Translations under genes and position numbers: made by a program | In this document: positions 13,515 to 25,053 of the stretch, piece after piece | Layout of the letters: each line of letters begins with the position of its first letter | How positions within the stretch are numbered: the first letter of the stretch is position 1 | The notes under the pieces: model-generated | Seen by the model: the letters and a program-made list of their open reading frames with translations, nothing else | What the model was told of the DNA's origin: nothing | Database searches by the model: none | From: Azolla caroliniana | Taxonomy: Eukaryota; Plantae; Polypodiophyta | Direction: 5' to 3' | Assembly (NCBI GenBank): GCA_043228905.1 | Contig: JBHGNT010000013.1 | Location: 4,216,001 to 4,280,000 of the forward strand | DNA length: 64,000 nucleotides

Positions 13515-13720
13515 TTTTTGTTCCAATGTGACAAACCTTTCTTTCAAGCACTACAACTCCGAGAAAACAATTTGGTATTCTTGAGCGCTAACAATTGCCA
13601 TTGTATTGGAGGAAGGTTTTTTGTTCCAATGCGACAAACCTTTCCTTCAAGCACTACAGCTCCGAGAAAACAATTTGGTATTCTTGAGCGCTAACAATTG
13701 CCGTAGTATTGGAGGAAGGA
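13515..13720. repeat. About 107-bp tandem duplication at the chromovirus gag start
   Basis: ttttttgttccaatg...actacaactccgagaaaacaatttggtattcttgagcgctaacaattgcc...ggaggaagg occurs twice. Confidence 0.85.
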
Positions 13721-15125
13721 AGGATAAGAAGATTAGTATGAAGGGAAGGAGGGATATGAAGCAGAAGAGGGAAAAATTGGTTCAAACTGTCAGGGATAGT
13801 ACTAGAGGCAAGGAGAATTAGTACTAAAGGTAGAGGAGAGGAATGAGGATTATTACTAAGAAGGGAAGGAGTGTGTGAGAACCACGTGAGAGGAGAGAGA
13901 GAGAGAGAGAGAGAGAATGATGACAACAAGAAGTATATTATATTATAAGAAGAAAGATACAAGAACAACTAGGAGGCTTAAGACTGGCGTTGAACCGATT
14001 TGGTTCTTGATAATGCCATGTGTGTCTTTTTATAGTGGCTTTAGGAATACTCTTGACATTTCTAGAATGTTCCAGAGAAAGCTAGGATATACATGAATTT
14101 CCTAAGTGAAATAATCAATGGAAATAATATTTTTTGTATTACAACTTATAGCTTAATGGTAAGGCTTTCGCCCATGTGTCACAAGGTCATGGGTTCAAAT
14201 CCTTTTGAATCCATACCATGCTATATCATGACACACCACAATGACAGAGTCTCGACGTAGTCGATAATGTGTCCAATGAGGGTACATATTTATAGCCAGA
14301 CCTAAGGCCTCGAGGCAAGTTCACACTTGGCCTAATGGGTTGTCCCTATCCCAAGGATTAAAAGTAACCCTGTCCTTCTTTACACTGTCGTTTAACCCTC
14401 ACACTTTATCGACGTGTATATAATACTATGATAAAACTTACCACGAGATATTATATGGTCATGCTAGTAACACTCACTATCTACCAATTTCCCACTAATG
14501 GCCAAACAAGGGATTAGCAAAGTTGATGGGAAGATTGCACTAGACCTACACATCCTACTTGATGAATATGTTACACAATATACATAAAATAGTGTGTAAC
14601 CTAAAGAGCTAAGTAATTCCCATCAAGTGACAACAATGCTCTAGTGCATCATGCGGTAGAGCTTTGGTCAATGCATCTGCGACATTTTCTTGAGAGACAA
14701 CTTTCTCAAGATTGATGTGGCCAAGAGCCATGCATTCTCGGATGAAGTGATATCGCACTCCAATGTGCTTGGTCTTTGCATGGTATATTAGGTTTTTAGT
14801 GAATGCAATGAAACTTTGACTATCGCAAAACAGTATGGGTCCAAGTTTAGGTATGCCCATGTCACAAGCTAATCTGGACAACCATAGAGCTTCCTTACAT
14901 GCTTCACTAACTGCGACATACTTTGCTTCTATAGTGGACAGAGTAGTACACTCTTGGAGGCGAGATCTCCAAGATATGGCACCTCCCATAAACTGAAAAA
15001 TATACCCCAAAATAGACTTTCTGCTATTAGAATAACCACCATAATCAGAGTTTTTATATCCAATAATGGATACATTTGCACCACCTAAACATAGACACTT
15101 ATTCTTGGTGCCACTCAGATATCTT

Positions 15126-15329
15126 TACGGACTACACCATAGCTCCAGTACCCATGTCCAAGAAAGTATTGGTGCATATTGTACTACCAAGATGCATAGT
15201 TGCTTCGATCAAGCTTCTCTGTCAAAAGTGAGCATCCCATAGCTCTGTCCATGTTCCTATCTTTTCTTCTTCGGTAGACAAAGGTATGTTGCTGTGCTTG
15301 TTTGCGTGTTGGTTGCAGAGGATTCTTCT
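15126..15329 (-). mobile_element. gag start of a family-B copia whose LTR and PBS lie at 39657-40102
   Basis: MDRAMGCSLLTEKLDRSNYASW...MHQYFLGHGYW is homologous to the gag at 16344. The leader rejoins across the CTTCT TSD. Confidence 0.8.
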
Positions 15330-15521
15330 TGTCAAATATGGGTACATAATGGTCGTATTCACATTGTCCATTGGACAAACTAGGTTTAGGACATTTATGT
15401 AAATATTTCAAAGGCTAGTTGCCCTAGCCCAGTTAGTATATAATGGGCTTTGTAACCTAGCTCATAAGGTTGTTGTTGTTGTTGTTGTTGCTATTGCTAG
15501 CGAGTCCTTGCCTTCATTGGC

Positions 15522-18500
15522 CAAGTGATCGAGAGGGCGGAGGAAGTCGACACCGACACGAACGAGTTGGCGGGCCGAGAAGTGCCTAAGCCGCAACAAC
15601 GAGGGAGCTGACAACAGCCAAGGGAGCTGGCAAACCGACCGAGAAGGTCGACCTGCACGGAACCAGACGGGTCGTGGAAAGAGGAACCAAACTGGACGAG
15701 GAGTGCAAGCCAAGCGAGAAGACGCCAAGAGGAGCCGGCGGACACACATAGTGATTCGATCTCAAGTCGAGCTTGAGGGGGAGTCTTGAGCGGACAAGCT
15801 CAACGGGATCCAGATCGGCTGAATAAGCCAGAGCCGGATCAGAGTCTAGAATGAAGAACCGGATCGGTGTCCAGATCAGAGCCTAGAGTTGGACCAGATT
15901 GTACTCCGGAGCAGTGTGAACCAGTAGGCCGTTGGAGGTCTACGGTCTAAGCCTAGTATGTAGGCATATTCCTTAGAGTGAGTGTAGAGAGGCTCATTTA
16001 TGAGCATCCAAGTACTTATGGTACTTGTGTTGGTTCATGTAAGGACTTGTATAAAAGTTCTCTTTAAGCACATTCTATGTACAGAGCATTATTATTTTGA
16101 ATTGAGTTTTGTTCTGCTCTCTCTCTTTGTCTCTCCCGTGTACTCTCTATGTGATTCGAGCTTCCATTAAACCTTGTCTCTGTTTTTTGTTGGTATCCAG
16201 TAGAGCCAATTGTTCTACGCTTCCGCACGTAATTCTTCACATGGTATCAGAGCGCGAGGGTTAGAAATCCTCTGTTGCAAACAGAAATCGCTAGGTAGAC
16301 GAAAACCTAATTTCCAGTAAAAGAAATAAACAAGAAAAAAAGAATGGACCGAGGAATGGCTAACTCACTCCTGACGGAGAAGCTCGACAGATCCAACTAT
16401 GCATCTTAGTCGTACAAGATGCACCAGTACCTGCTCGGGCATGGCTACTGGACTTATGTCGACGGAGCTAACGATACAACACCTAATGCAGCACACGGGG
16501 ATTTTCTGGCTTGCGAACAAGAGGCAAGTAGGGTAATGTATTGCTTTGCGTCCAGTGTCAGAGATCAACTGCTTAACCATATCCGGAATGCCAAGACGCC
16601 AAAGGAAGCTTGGGGAAACCTGAAGAAGGTCTTCGCCTCAACCACCACGGCCCGGAAGTTGCAACTCCAATAGAAGTTGACCAATGTCCGGTAGAAGGAC
16701 ATGTTGGTGGCCGACTACACGGCCCGGATCAAAGACATTTGTGACCCACTTGCCTCCATCAGTGTGACCATTGAGGACGATGAGATGTTGCAAGTCTATA
16801 TCGGGGGCCTGGCATCGAAGTTAGGAGCATTCTGAATGGCGATCTGTACAAGGGAGAATACACACTCGTTTTTCGACTTACAATCGATGCTCCTTGTAGA
16901 GGAGAACCATGCGGGTGTGTCAACGAGTACGCACACCGATAGCAAGATGTTGTACATAGAGGCAGATAGGTCCTGTGGACGTGGAGGTCGAGGTGGATCG
17001 GCACGCAATGCAAGTGGCTGACAAGAGCAGAATCAGAGGCACAAAGACGATGTTGATAGCAGTACTGAACCCTCCAAAAGTAGGGGCAGTCAAGGCAGCG
17101 AAGCCGGGAGCCGGCAAGGTAAGATCGCATCGAACTGCTGGTACTATGGCCGGAAATGCCACAAAGAAAGAGAGCGCTGGAAGAAGACGGTTGATTTGAA
17201 CAAAGCCGGATCGAGCCGGAAAGACGCGGATAGGCGTCATCGATCGCACTTCGCCGAAAGCTCGGAAGGAGCCGAATCGGGACCGGCCCTCATAATGAAG
17301 CATAAGGCCAACCAAATGGGAGTATCCGACTCGAAGTCGGAAGAAGTTTGGTATGTGGACTCTGGAGCTTCAAACCATATGACAAACCACAAATGGTGGT
17401 TCTCTTTTGTCGAAAAGCCGGAGAAGTCGGGGGTAGTCGAAACCAGAGACAACACCCCACATCCCTTCAACACATCAGAGATATCCCTCTGAGCCATGTC
17501 GGCCAGAAAGGAATCATAAGGAACATCCTGCATGGTACTATGGCCGGAAATGCCACAAAGAAAGAGAGTGCTGGAAGAAGACGGTTGATTTGAACAAAGC
17601 TAGATTGAGCCGGAAAGACGCGGATAGGCGTCATCGATCGCACTTCGCCGAAAGCTCGGAAGGAGCCGAATCGGGACCGGCCCTCGTAATGAAGCATATG
17701 GCCAACCAGATGGGAGTATCCGACTCGAAGTCAGAAGAAGTTTGGTATGTGGACTCCGGAGCTTCAAACCATATGACAAACCACAAACAGTGGTTCTCTT
17801 TTGTCGAAAAGCCGGAGAAGTCGGGGGTAGTCGAAACCAGAGACAACACCCCACATCCCTTCAACACATTAGAGATATCCCTCTGAGCCATGTCGGCCAG
17901 AAAGGAATCATAAGGAACATCCTGCATGTTTCAACGATCACCAAGAACTTGGTGTTGGTCGGCCAAATCGTAGATCAAGGAATGCAGGTCTGATTCACTC
18001 ACCACGGATGCTTCATCAAGGAGGAATGTCTGATCACGAATTATTTTCATCCTTGAAACCAATGATGTTGGCACCACTATGTTCCCAAAAGGGCAAAAGG
18101 TGGAGTTGGACATCGACCTGTGGCATAAGCGAATAGGCGACATCAACTTCCAGAAGCTTGATGAGATGCAATCGAAATTCAATGGCCGGAAAGGTCAAAT
18201 ATGTGAAGCTTGCCAACTTGGGAAGCAGCATAGGATTCCATTCCCCAATGAGAAGAATCGGAGCTAGAATCGGCTCGATCTCATACATTCGGATGTGTGG
18301 GGACCGGCTCAAAACGTAGGTATTAGCAGGAGTCGATGTTTTGTCTCCTTCATCAACGATTTCAGTCGACACACTTGGATCTATTTGATCGAGAAGAAGA
18401 GCGAAGTCTTCTCGTGCTTCTAGGACCTAAAGAATCATGTAGAGCAAGAAAATAGAAGGAAGATTAAGCGCCTGAGATCATATGGCAGAAAAGAGTATTT

Positions 18501-18892
18501 TTTCGGCCAGTTCACGAATTATCTACAGACCAAGGGAATCCAACAGGAGTTCTCATGAAGGTACCTGCTGGAGCAGAACAACGTGGCCGAACGTCGGAAT
18601 CGAACGATGGTAGAAGTGGCATGGGCAATGCTACAGAGAAGTGCATGCCCCAGATCTATTAGGCCGAAGCAATTCGGACTACCATCTACATTAGAATCAG
18701 ACATATGCCTCAGGTACCAAGGTGTCACTGCACGAACTGTACTTCGAACGGAAGCCAAATTTGACGCACCTTCGGGTATTCAAAAACATTGCGTATGCGC
18801 ATATGTCGTATGAGAAGCAGAAGAAATTGGATACAAAATCCGAGAAGTGTATCCTGATTGGCTACTCCAACGAGCAAAAGGAGTACAAATGT
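15522..18892 (+). mobile_element. Family-B copia copy 1: 3' spacer and PPT, LTR about 15784-16240, PBS 16242-16253, degenerate gag-PR-INT
   Basis: GAGCTTGAGGGGGAG before the LTR and TGGTATCAGAGC after it. Motifs: MHQYLLGHGYW, WYVDSGASNHMT, LWHKRIG, KSEKCILIGY. Confidence 0.88.
17139..17927. repeat. 394-bp tandem duplication (zinc knuckle-protease) in copia B1
   Basis: Near-identical ORFs 17196-17492 and 17590-17886 are offset by 394 bp. Confidence 0.92.
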
Positions 18893-19246
18893 TGTTGTTC
18901 GGTCGACAATTGCTATTTTGTCGACACAGTATAAGACGAACGTTTGTTTTGAACGTTCTATCAAGAAGTTGGGGTTAGACGAATAGATACGAATTAGCTG
19001 TAAACTTATCGGTGATACAAACACCGAGATAGTGACTTACGTAATATAGCTTAAACAGAAATAAACAGATGACAAGAAGTAATCCGTACACAGAGATTTC
19101 CTAAACAAACTTTATATTACTAAATACAATGATAGATTTTTACAATGCCTTCGGTTCCTTTTATAGGTAACCCGAAGGTCTTTTCTCATCAAGAAATCCT
19201 ACTGCGTATACTTAACAAGAATTACAAAACTTCATAACTAACTATG

Positions 19247-22200
19247 TGTTAGGAATTGACGCTTTCAATTTCTTCACCTCTCGACCACAACCGAGGAAAC
19301 ACGAATCAATGCAGCAGAAAATCGAAAACACAGAGAGAGACTCGAATGCACAGGGTTTAGCGTGGAAAACCCTAGACGGGAAAAACCACGGGAGTGTAAG
19401 ACTCCAACTATCACTATACGCAGGGAATGTACAATGGCAAGCTGCAAGGTGACGACCTTGAGCTCGCTGTCCTCGCCACAGGCGGCGGTATTACACAGAG
19501 GCGTCTACCTCTTCCTTTCTCTCTCTCTCTCTCTCACTCTCTCTCTCGACTGCTCTCACTTCGCTCCCTCTAAGTGGAAAACAGAAAAAATGAGCAACAA
19601 CCAGAAAACTGTTTGCCCTAAGTCATATTTATACACATATGACTTTCGGGCTATTTACAAATATAGCCTCAGGGGCCCTTGGCAAACATATTCACAAATA
19701 TGTCCCCGCATCCGGATCTCTCTCCGGGTACATTCGTCATCCGGCTCCCTAGCCGGGGTCTTCATCATCCGGATCCGGAGCCGGGGTCTTCATCATCCGG
19801 ATCCGGAACCGGGTCTTCATCATCCGGCTCCGATAGCCGGGGTCTTCATCATCCGGCTCCGATACCGGGTACTCCTCATTCGGGTCTTCATTCCCGATTC
19901 CCGGACATCCGACCATCCCATCCGGAGGGACCGTAATCCCAACAAACTCCCCCTTCACTTCGTCATGGGATGTCTTTCCAGTCCGACCCTCTTCCGGCAC
20001 GCTTCCAGCTTGTCGGGTGTGAGCACTTTGGTCAGCATGTCTGACCCGTTCTCGTCCGTGTGGATCTTCGTCAACACGAACTCCTGGTCTTCTATCCTTT
20101 CCCGGATCCAGTGATATCTTCGTTGGATGTGCTTCGTCCGGGAGTGATAGGCCGCGTTCTTCGCAAGGTGGATGGCACTCTGACTGTCGCAGTAGAGTCG
20201 GTACTCCTCCTGCCGGATACCGAGCTCTCTAATGAAGTCCTTCATCCATATCATTTCCTTGCCGGCTTCAACAGCCGCCATGTACTCCGCCTCCGTGGTT
20301 GACAATGCAACCGTGTTCTGCAGCCTCGACTGCCACGAAACAGCTCCCCCTGCATACGTCATCACATACCCTGATGTGGACCGGCTGGTATCTGCATCAG
20401 CCGACATATCCGAATCGGTAAAGCCGTCGAGTTCGGGCTTACCGGAGCCGAATCAGAGGCACACGTTTGCCGTGCCCTTCAGGTATCGGAGTATCCACTT
20501 GGTCGCGTTCCAGTGCTCTTTGCCGGGATTGCTCATGTACCGGCTCACCACTCCGACTGCATATCCTATGTCCGGTCTTGTACACACCATTGCGTACATC
20601 AAGCTTCCGACGGCAGAGGCATATGGTACTTTCATCATGTCCTCCTTCTCAGCCTTTGTCTTGGGGCTTTGCTTGCTGGACAACTTGCAGTTTGCCGGGA
20701 GGGTTGACCCGACCGGTCTTGCTTCCGACATGTTGAACCGGTGAAGCACCTTTGTCACGTACTTCTCCTGTGACAGCCACAACTGCTTCTTCTTCCGGTC
20801 CCGGATGATGTGCATCCCTAGTATTTGCCTCGCCGGACCCAGGTCCTTCATTGAGAAGGTTCGGTGAAGCGCTTTCTTCAGCATCCGTATCTTGACCTGG
20901 TCTCGTCCGACGATCAACATGTCGTCCACGTACAGGAGGAGTATTAGAAAGTCTCCTCCTTCGAACTTCTTCACAAACACGCAGTGATCGGACTGCGTTT
21001 TGTGGTACCCTTCGTCGGTCATGAAAGAGTCGAACTTCCGGTACCATTGCCGGGGAGCCTGCTTCAGTCCGTAAAGGCTCTTCTTCAACCGGCATACCAG
21101 GTGCTCCTTCCCTTTCTTCTCGAATCCTTCCGGTTGCTGCATGTAGATCTCTTCTTCGAGGTCACCGTGAAGGAATGCCGTCTTCACGTCCATCTGTTCT
21201 ACCTCGAGGTCCATGCTTGCCGCTATGCTTAGCACCGTCCGGATGGAGGTCATCTTCACTACCGGGGCAAATATCTCGTCGAAGTCGACGCCCTTCTTCT
21301 GCTGGAACCCCTTCACCACGATCCTGGCTTTGTATCTCGGGGGGTTTCCGGCATCTCCCGGTTTCAGCTTGAACACCCACTTGTTTCGAAGTGCCCGCTT
21401 TCCTTTCGGCAACTCCACAAGTTCATATGTGTGGTTCTCATGCAGGGAATCCATCTCCTCCTGCATGGCACTTAACCACCTGCGGCTATGGGTGTCAAGC
21501 TTTGCTTCTTCAAAACTCTCCGGCTCCCCTTCGTCGGTTAGCAGCACGTGCTCTGGTTCCGGAAATCTCCGGGGGGCCCTTCTCTCTCTTAGAGGATATC
21601 TCCGTTCCGGAGCTTCGGTAACCGGCTCCTCCGTTTCCTCTTCATCCGAATCCATTTCGGGATCGGGGCCGGTTCCGGTATCATTTTCATCTTCCTCGGC
21701 CGGTTCTGTTTCTTCACCGTCTTCGGCCGGATCCTCGAGTGCTAACCGGTCCCTTGCCGGTCGGGACTGCTCCTCGTAGAGTTGATCCTCACTGGTCGAC
21801 TTGGATCTCTTCATCTTCTTCTCCGACTCCCAGTCGGCGAGTGTCTTGTCCTCCATGAAGATGATATCACGACTCCGGAATATCCTTTTGTCGACCGGGT
21901 CCCATACACGGTAGCCGAACTCGTCATCGCCGTAACCGAGGAATATGCATGGCCGGGTCTTTGGATCTAGCTTTCCTCTCCGGTCCTTTGCCACATGCAC
22001 ATATGCGAGACACCCGAACACCTTCAGATGCCGGTAGGATACTTCCCTACCGGTCCACACTCACTGCGGCGTGTCTCCGTCCAAAGGTACTGAGGGTGAT
22101 CTGTTTATCACGTATGTCGCCGTCGACATTGCCTCAGCCCAAAACCCCTTGGGTAATTTCGCATGCGCCAGCATACTCCGGACCCTCTCCATTATGGTCC

Positions 22201-24784
22201 GGTTCATCCTCTCGGCCAGCCCGTTCAGATTCGGCGTCTTCGGCACAGTAAACTCGAGCCGGATTCCCTTCGAGCGACAATACTCCTCGAACTGCCCCCG
22301 GTATTCCCCTCCGTTATCCGCTCGTATCGCTTTTAGCTTCTTGCCGGATTCCCTTTCCACTCTCGCGTGGAGTTCTTTGAAGACGCACAACACTTGGTCC
22401 TTTGTCTTCAACGGTGCCGTCCACAGCTTCCGGCTGTGGTCATCAATGAATGTCACGAAGTACTGGGCTCCGCCATGTGACTTCGTTTCTACTTGACACA
22501 CGTCAGTGTGCACCAACTCCAGTGGTGCGCTACGTCTCGTCGGTGGCCTTGAGTGGAAGGAGGTTCGGTTCTGCTTACCGGCCAGGCAATCGGTGCACTT
22601 CTCCAGGTGCACATGCTTCACTGGAATAAGGTTGTCTTCTGCAAGCCTCTTCATCCCCTTCTCACTCATGTGGCACAGTCTCTTGTGCCACAGCTCACCG
22701 GCAGTGTCGGCTGCCACGTTCAACTCTTCCGGACACAACCAGGCATTCATAAGGTACAATGTGTTGACTTTCCGGGCCCGAGCCACTATCAGGCTCCCCT
22801 TGCTGAACTTCATTACGCAGTTCCGGATGCTACCTGTGTAGCCTTCATCGTCTAGCCTCCCGGCCGAAATCAGGTTCAATCGAACCTCCGGAACGTGTCG
22901 GACATCCTTCAGCAACATTTTGCATCCGGTCGAGGTTGTCAACCACACGTCTCCTATGCCGGCAATCCGGCACGTACCTTCATTTCCCATCCGAACACAG
23001 CCATGCTCACCGGCTCTGTAGGATGAGAAGTATCTTCTTTCCGGGGTCAGGTGGAACGACGCTCCGGAATCGACCACCCAGGTAGTCTCATCGCCAGCAA
23101 TGTTTAGTTCACCTTCTTCGGTGATGAGCATGATCTCCTCTTCACTTGCCGCGAGTGCCGTCGTTCCTTTCCGGTCCTGCCCTCGCCGATCCGAACCATT
23201 CCGGTCCGTGGCTCCCCGGTAAGCACCGTTCCGTTCCGAAGACTTCTTCGAATCGGTGTCGTCGGCTCCGTTGTCTTTTCGGTAATGCCGACAATTCTTT
23301 CGGAAGTGCCCCGGCTTCCCACAGTGGAAGCATGTGGGCCTTCCTCTTGACTGCGACCGGGTCCCCGACTTCTCCCGTCTTTGCGGACTCCGGTTCCGTT
23401 GTCTTCCCCGATCCGATTCGGTAAGCAGCATCTTCGGATCGGAGGCCGGTTCTTTATCTCTCCGACGCGCTTCTTCGTTCAAAATGCTTGTCTTTACCGT
23501 TTGTAGGGACAAGTTATCTTCGGTGCAGGAGGTGCTGAGAGTCACCACCAAGTTCTCCCAGCTTGCCGGCAATGTACACATCAGGATGATGGCTTGCATT
23601 GCATCCTCCAACGGGAACTTGATCGCCGCAAGCTGGTTCACGAATCCCATGAACGTGCTTACGTGTTCCACCATACTCTCGTCGTCCCGGTACTTGAGGT
23701 TCACTATCTTCCTCATCAGGGAGGTCCGGTTCAACGCATTCTTCCTCTCGTAGAGGCCCGACAGCTTCTGCCACATCTCATATGCGTTGGTGTCGTTCGC
23801 CACATGTTGTAGAACGCTCACGTCGACGTATTGCCGAATGGTTGCAACGGCTTTCCGGTTCAGAAGCCTCCATTCCGTCTCAAGTACCCCCTTGGGTATT
23901 TCCGACCTGTCGATCGTTTCATACAGGTCCCGAACAATGAGCAGATCCTCCATCTTTATCTTCCAGTCGGCGTAGTTCTGCGCATTCAGCACTATCATCC
24001 CAGGCTGCCCGCTGCTGCCGCCTTCCATTTTCTGCACTGCAGTCGCTCTGATACCAGATTGTTAGGAATTGACGCTTTCAATTTCTTCACCTCTCGACCA
24101 CAACCGAGGAAACACGAATCAATGCAGCAGAAAATCGAAAACACAGAGAGAGACTCGAATGCACAGGGTTTAGCGTGGAAAACCCTAGACGGGAAAAACC
24201 ACGGGAGTGTAAGACTCCAACTATCACTATACGCAGGGAATGTACAATGGCAAGCTGCAAGGCGACGACCTTGAGCTCGCTGTCCTCGCCACAGGCGGCG
24301 GTATTACACAGAGGCGTCTACCTCTTCCTTTCTCTCTCTCTCTCTCTCACTCTCTCTCTCGGCTGCTCTCACTTCGCTCCCTCTAAGTGGAAAACAGAAA
24401 AAATGAGCAACAACAACAAAACTGTTTGCCCTAAGTCATATTTATACACATATGACTTTCGGGCTATTTACAAATATAGCCTCAGGGGCCCTTGGCAAAC
24501 ATATTCACAAATATGTCCCCGCATCCGGATCTCTCTCCGGGTACATTCGTCATCCGGCTCCCTAGCCGGGGTCTTCATCATCCGGATCCGGAGCCGGGGT
24601 CTTCATCATCCGGATCCGGAACCGGGTCTTCATCATCCGGCTCCGGAACCGGGTCTTCATCATCCGGCTCCGATAGCCGGGGTCTTCATCATCTGGCTCC
24701 GATACCGGGTACTCCTCATTCGGGTCTTCATTCCCGATTCCCGGACATCCGACCATCCCATCCGGAGGGACCGTAATCCCAACA
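19247..24784 (-). mobile_element. Young, structurally complete Ty1/copia; LTRs 19247-19944 and 24060-24784; PBS 24045-24056; TSD CTATG
   Basis: TGTT...AACA LTRs are nearly identical. CTATG at 19242-19246 and 24785-24789. PPT (GAAGGGGGAG on minus) at about 19947-19956. Confidence 0.97.
19955..24028 (-). pseudogene. Copia gag-pol polyprotein (gag, CCHC, PR, INT, RT, RNase H) in one frame with two premature TGA stops
   Basis: ORFs 22061-24037, 20453-22060 and 19955-20407 share a frame. Stops at 22061-22063 and 20453-20455. Motifs: CFHCGKPGHFRKNC, WVVDSGAS, QMDVKTAFLHG, LYVDDML, RTKHIQRRYH. Confidence 0.95.
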
Positions 24785-25053
24785 CTATGTCCTATTCGGC
24801 TATTCGCTAAGTCATCGATCCGAACTGTCGATCCGACTCCAACTCCGAACATCTTTCCGATACCGACACATTCATACTTGTCAGGGTAACACTTGGCACA
24901 CCCGTGGGCCAGGACATTGTCTGGCGAACCCACAGGACCCCTTTACTCCTGCTGCTCTGAGGAAAGATCTTCCTCCATCTCCAAATCCTCGTCTGCGTCG
25001 CCTTGCAAAATGTCGAATAATGACGGTTCTACCTCTTCTGTTGCCATGCCTTC

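Larger units (their letters stand above)
7091..14233 (-). mobile_element. Full-length but decayed chromodomain Ty3/gypsy (Tf1/Tcn1-like chromovirus); LTRs 7091-7541 and 13788-14233; TSD CACCA
   Basis: Matching TG...CA LTRs, CACCA at 7086-7090 and 14234-14238, PPT at 7542-7559. Domain order is gag - PR (ALLDSRANSCF) - RT (FVKKKDGSL, YLDD) - RH (NYEIHEKELLAI) - INT (SISLDFI) - chromodomain (VDWLGYSPSERTWEP). Confidence 0.95.
6841..15125 (-). mobile_element. Copia 3' end: RT end/RNase H (14609-15125) and a probable 3' LTR (about 14486 to 6841) split by the chromovirus insertion
   Basis: ORF 14609-15010 has GGAISWRSRLQ, YHAKTKHIGVRYHFIRE and ADALTKAL. The flanks of the gypsy TSD rejoin into a TG...CA segment preceded by purine-rich AGTGGGAAA. 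Confidence 0.6.
18893..25053 (-). mobile_element. Probable 3' LTR (about 18893-24870, split by the intact copia) plus a short internal remnant of a gypsy-like element
   Basis: Minus-strand CCTATAAAAGGAACCGAAGG...TGTAAA resembles the plus-strand LTR at 25207. TG/CA ends. It interrupts the copia B1 integrase at EYKC. Confidence 0.5.

Noticed and set aside
19362-20114. 250-aa and 211-aa ORFs (also 24175-24810) with GLHHP repeats
   Set aside because: They are antisense translations of the LTR tandem array and run across the LTR boundaries, with no independent coding signal.
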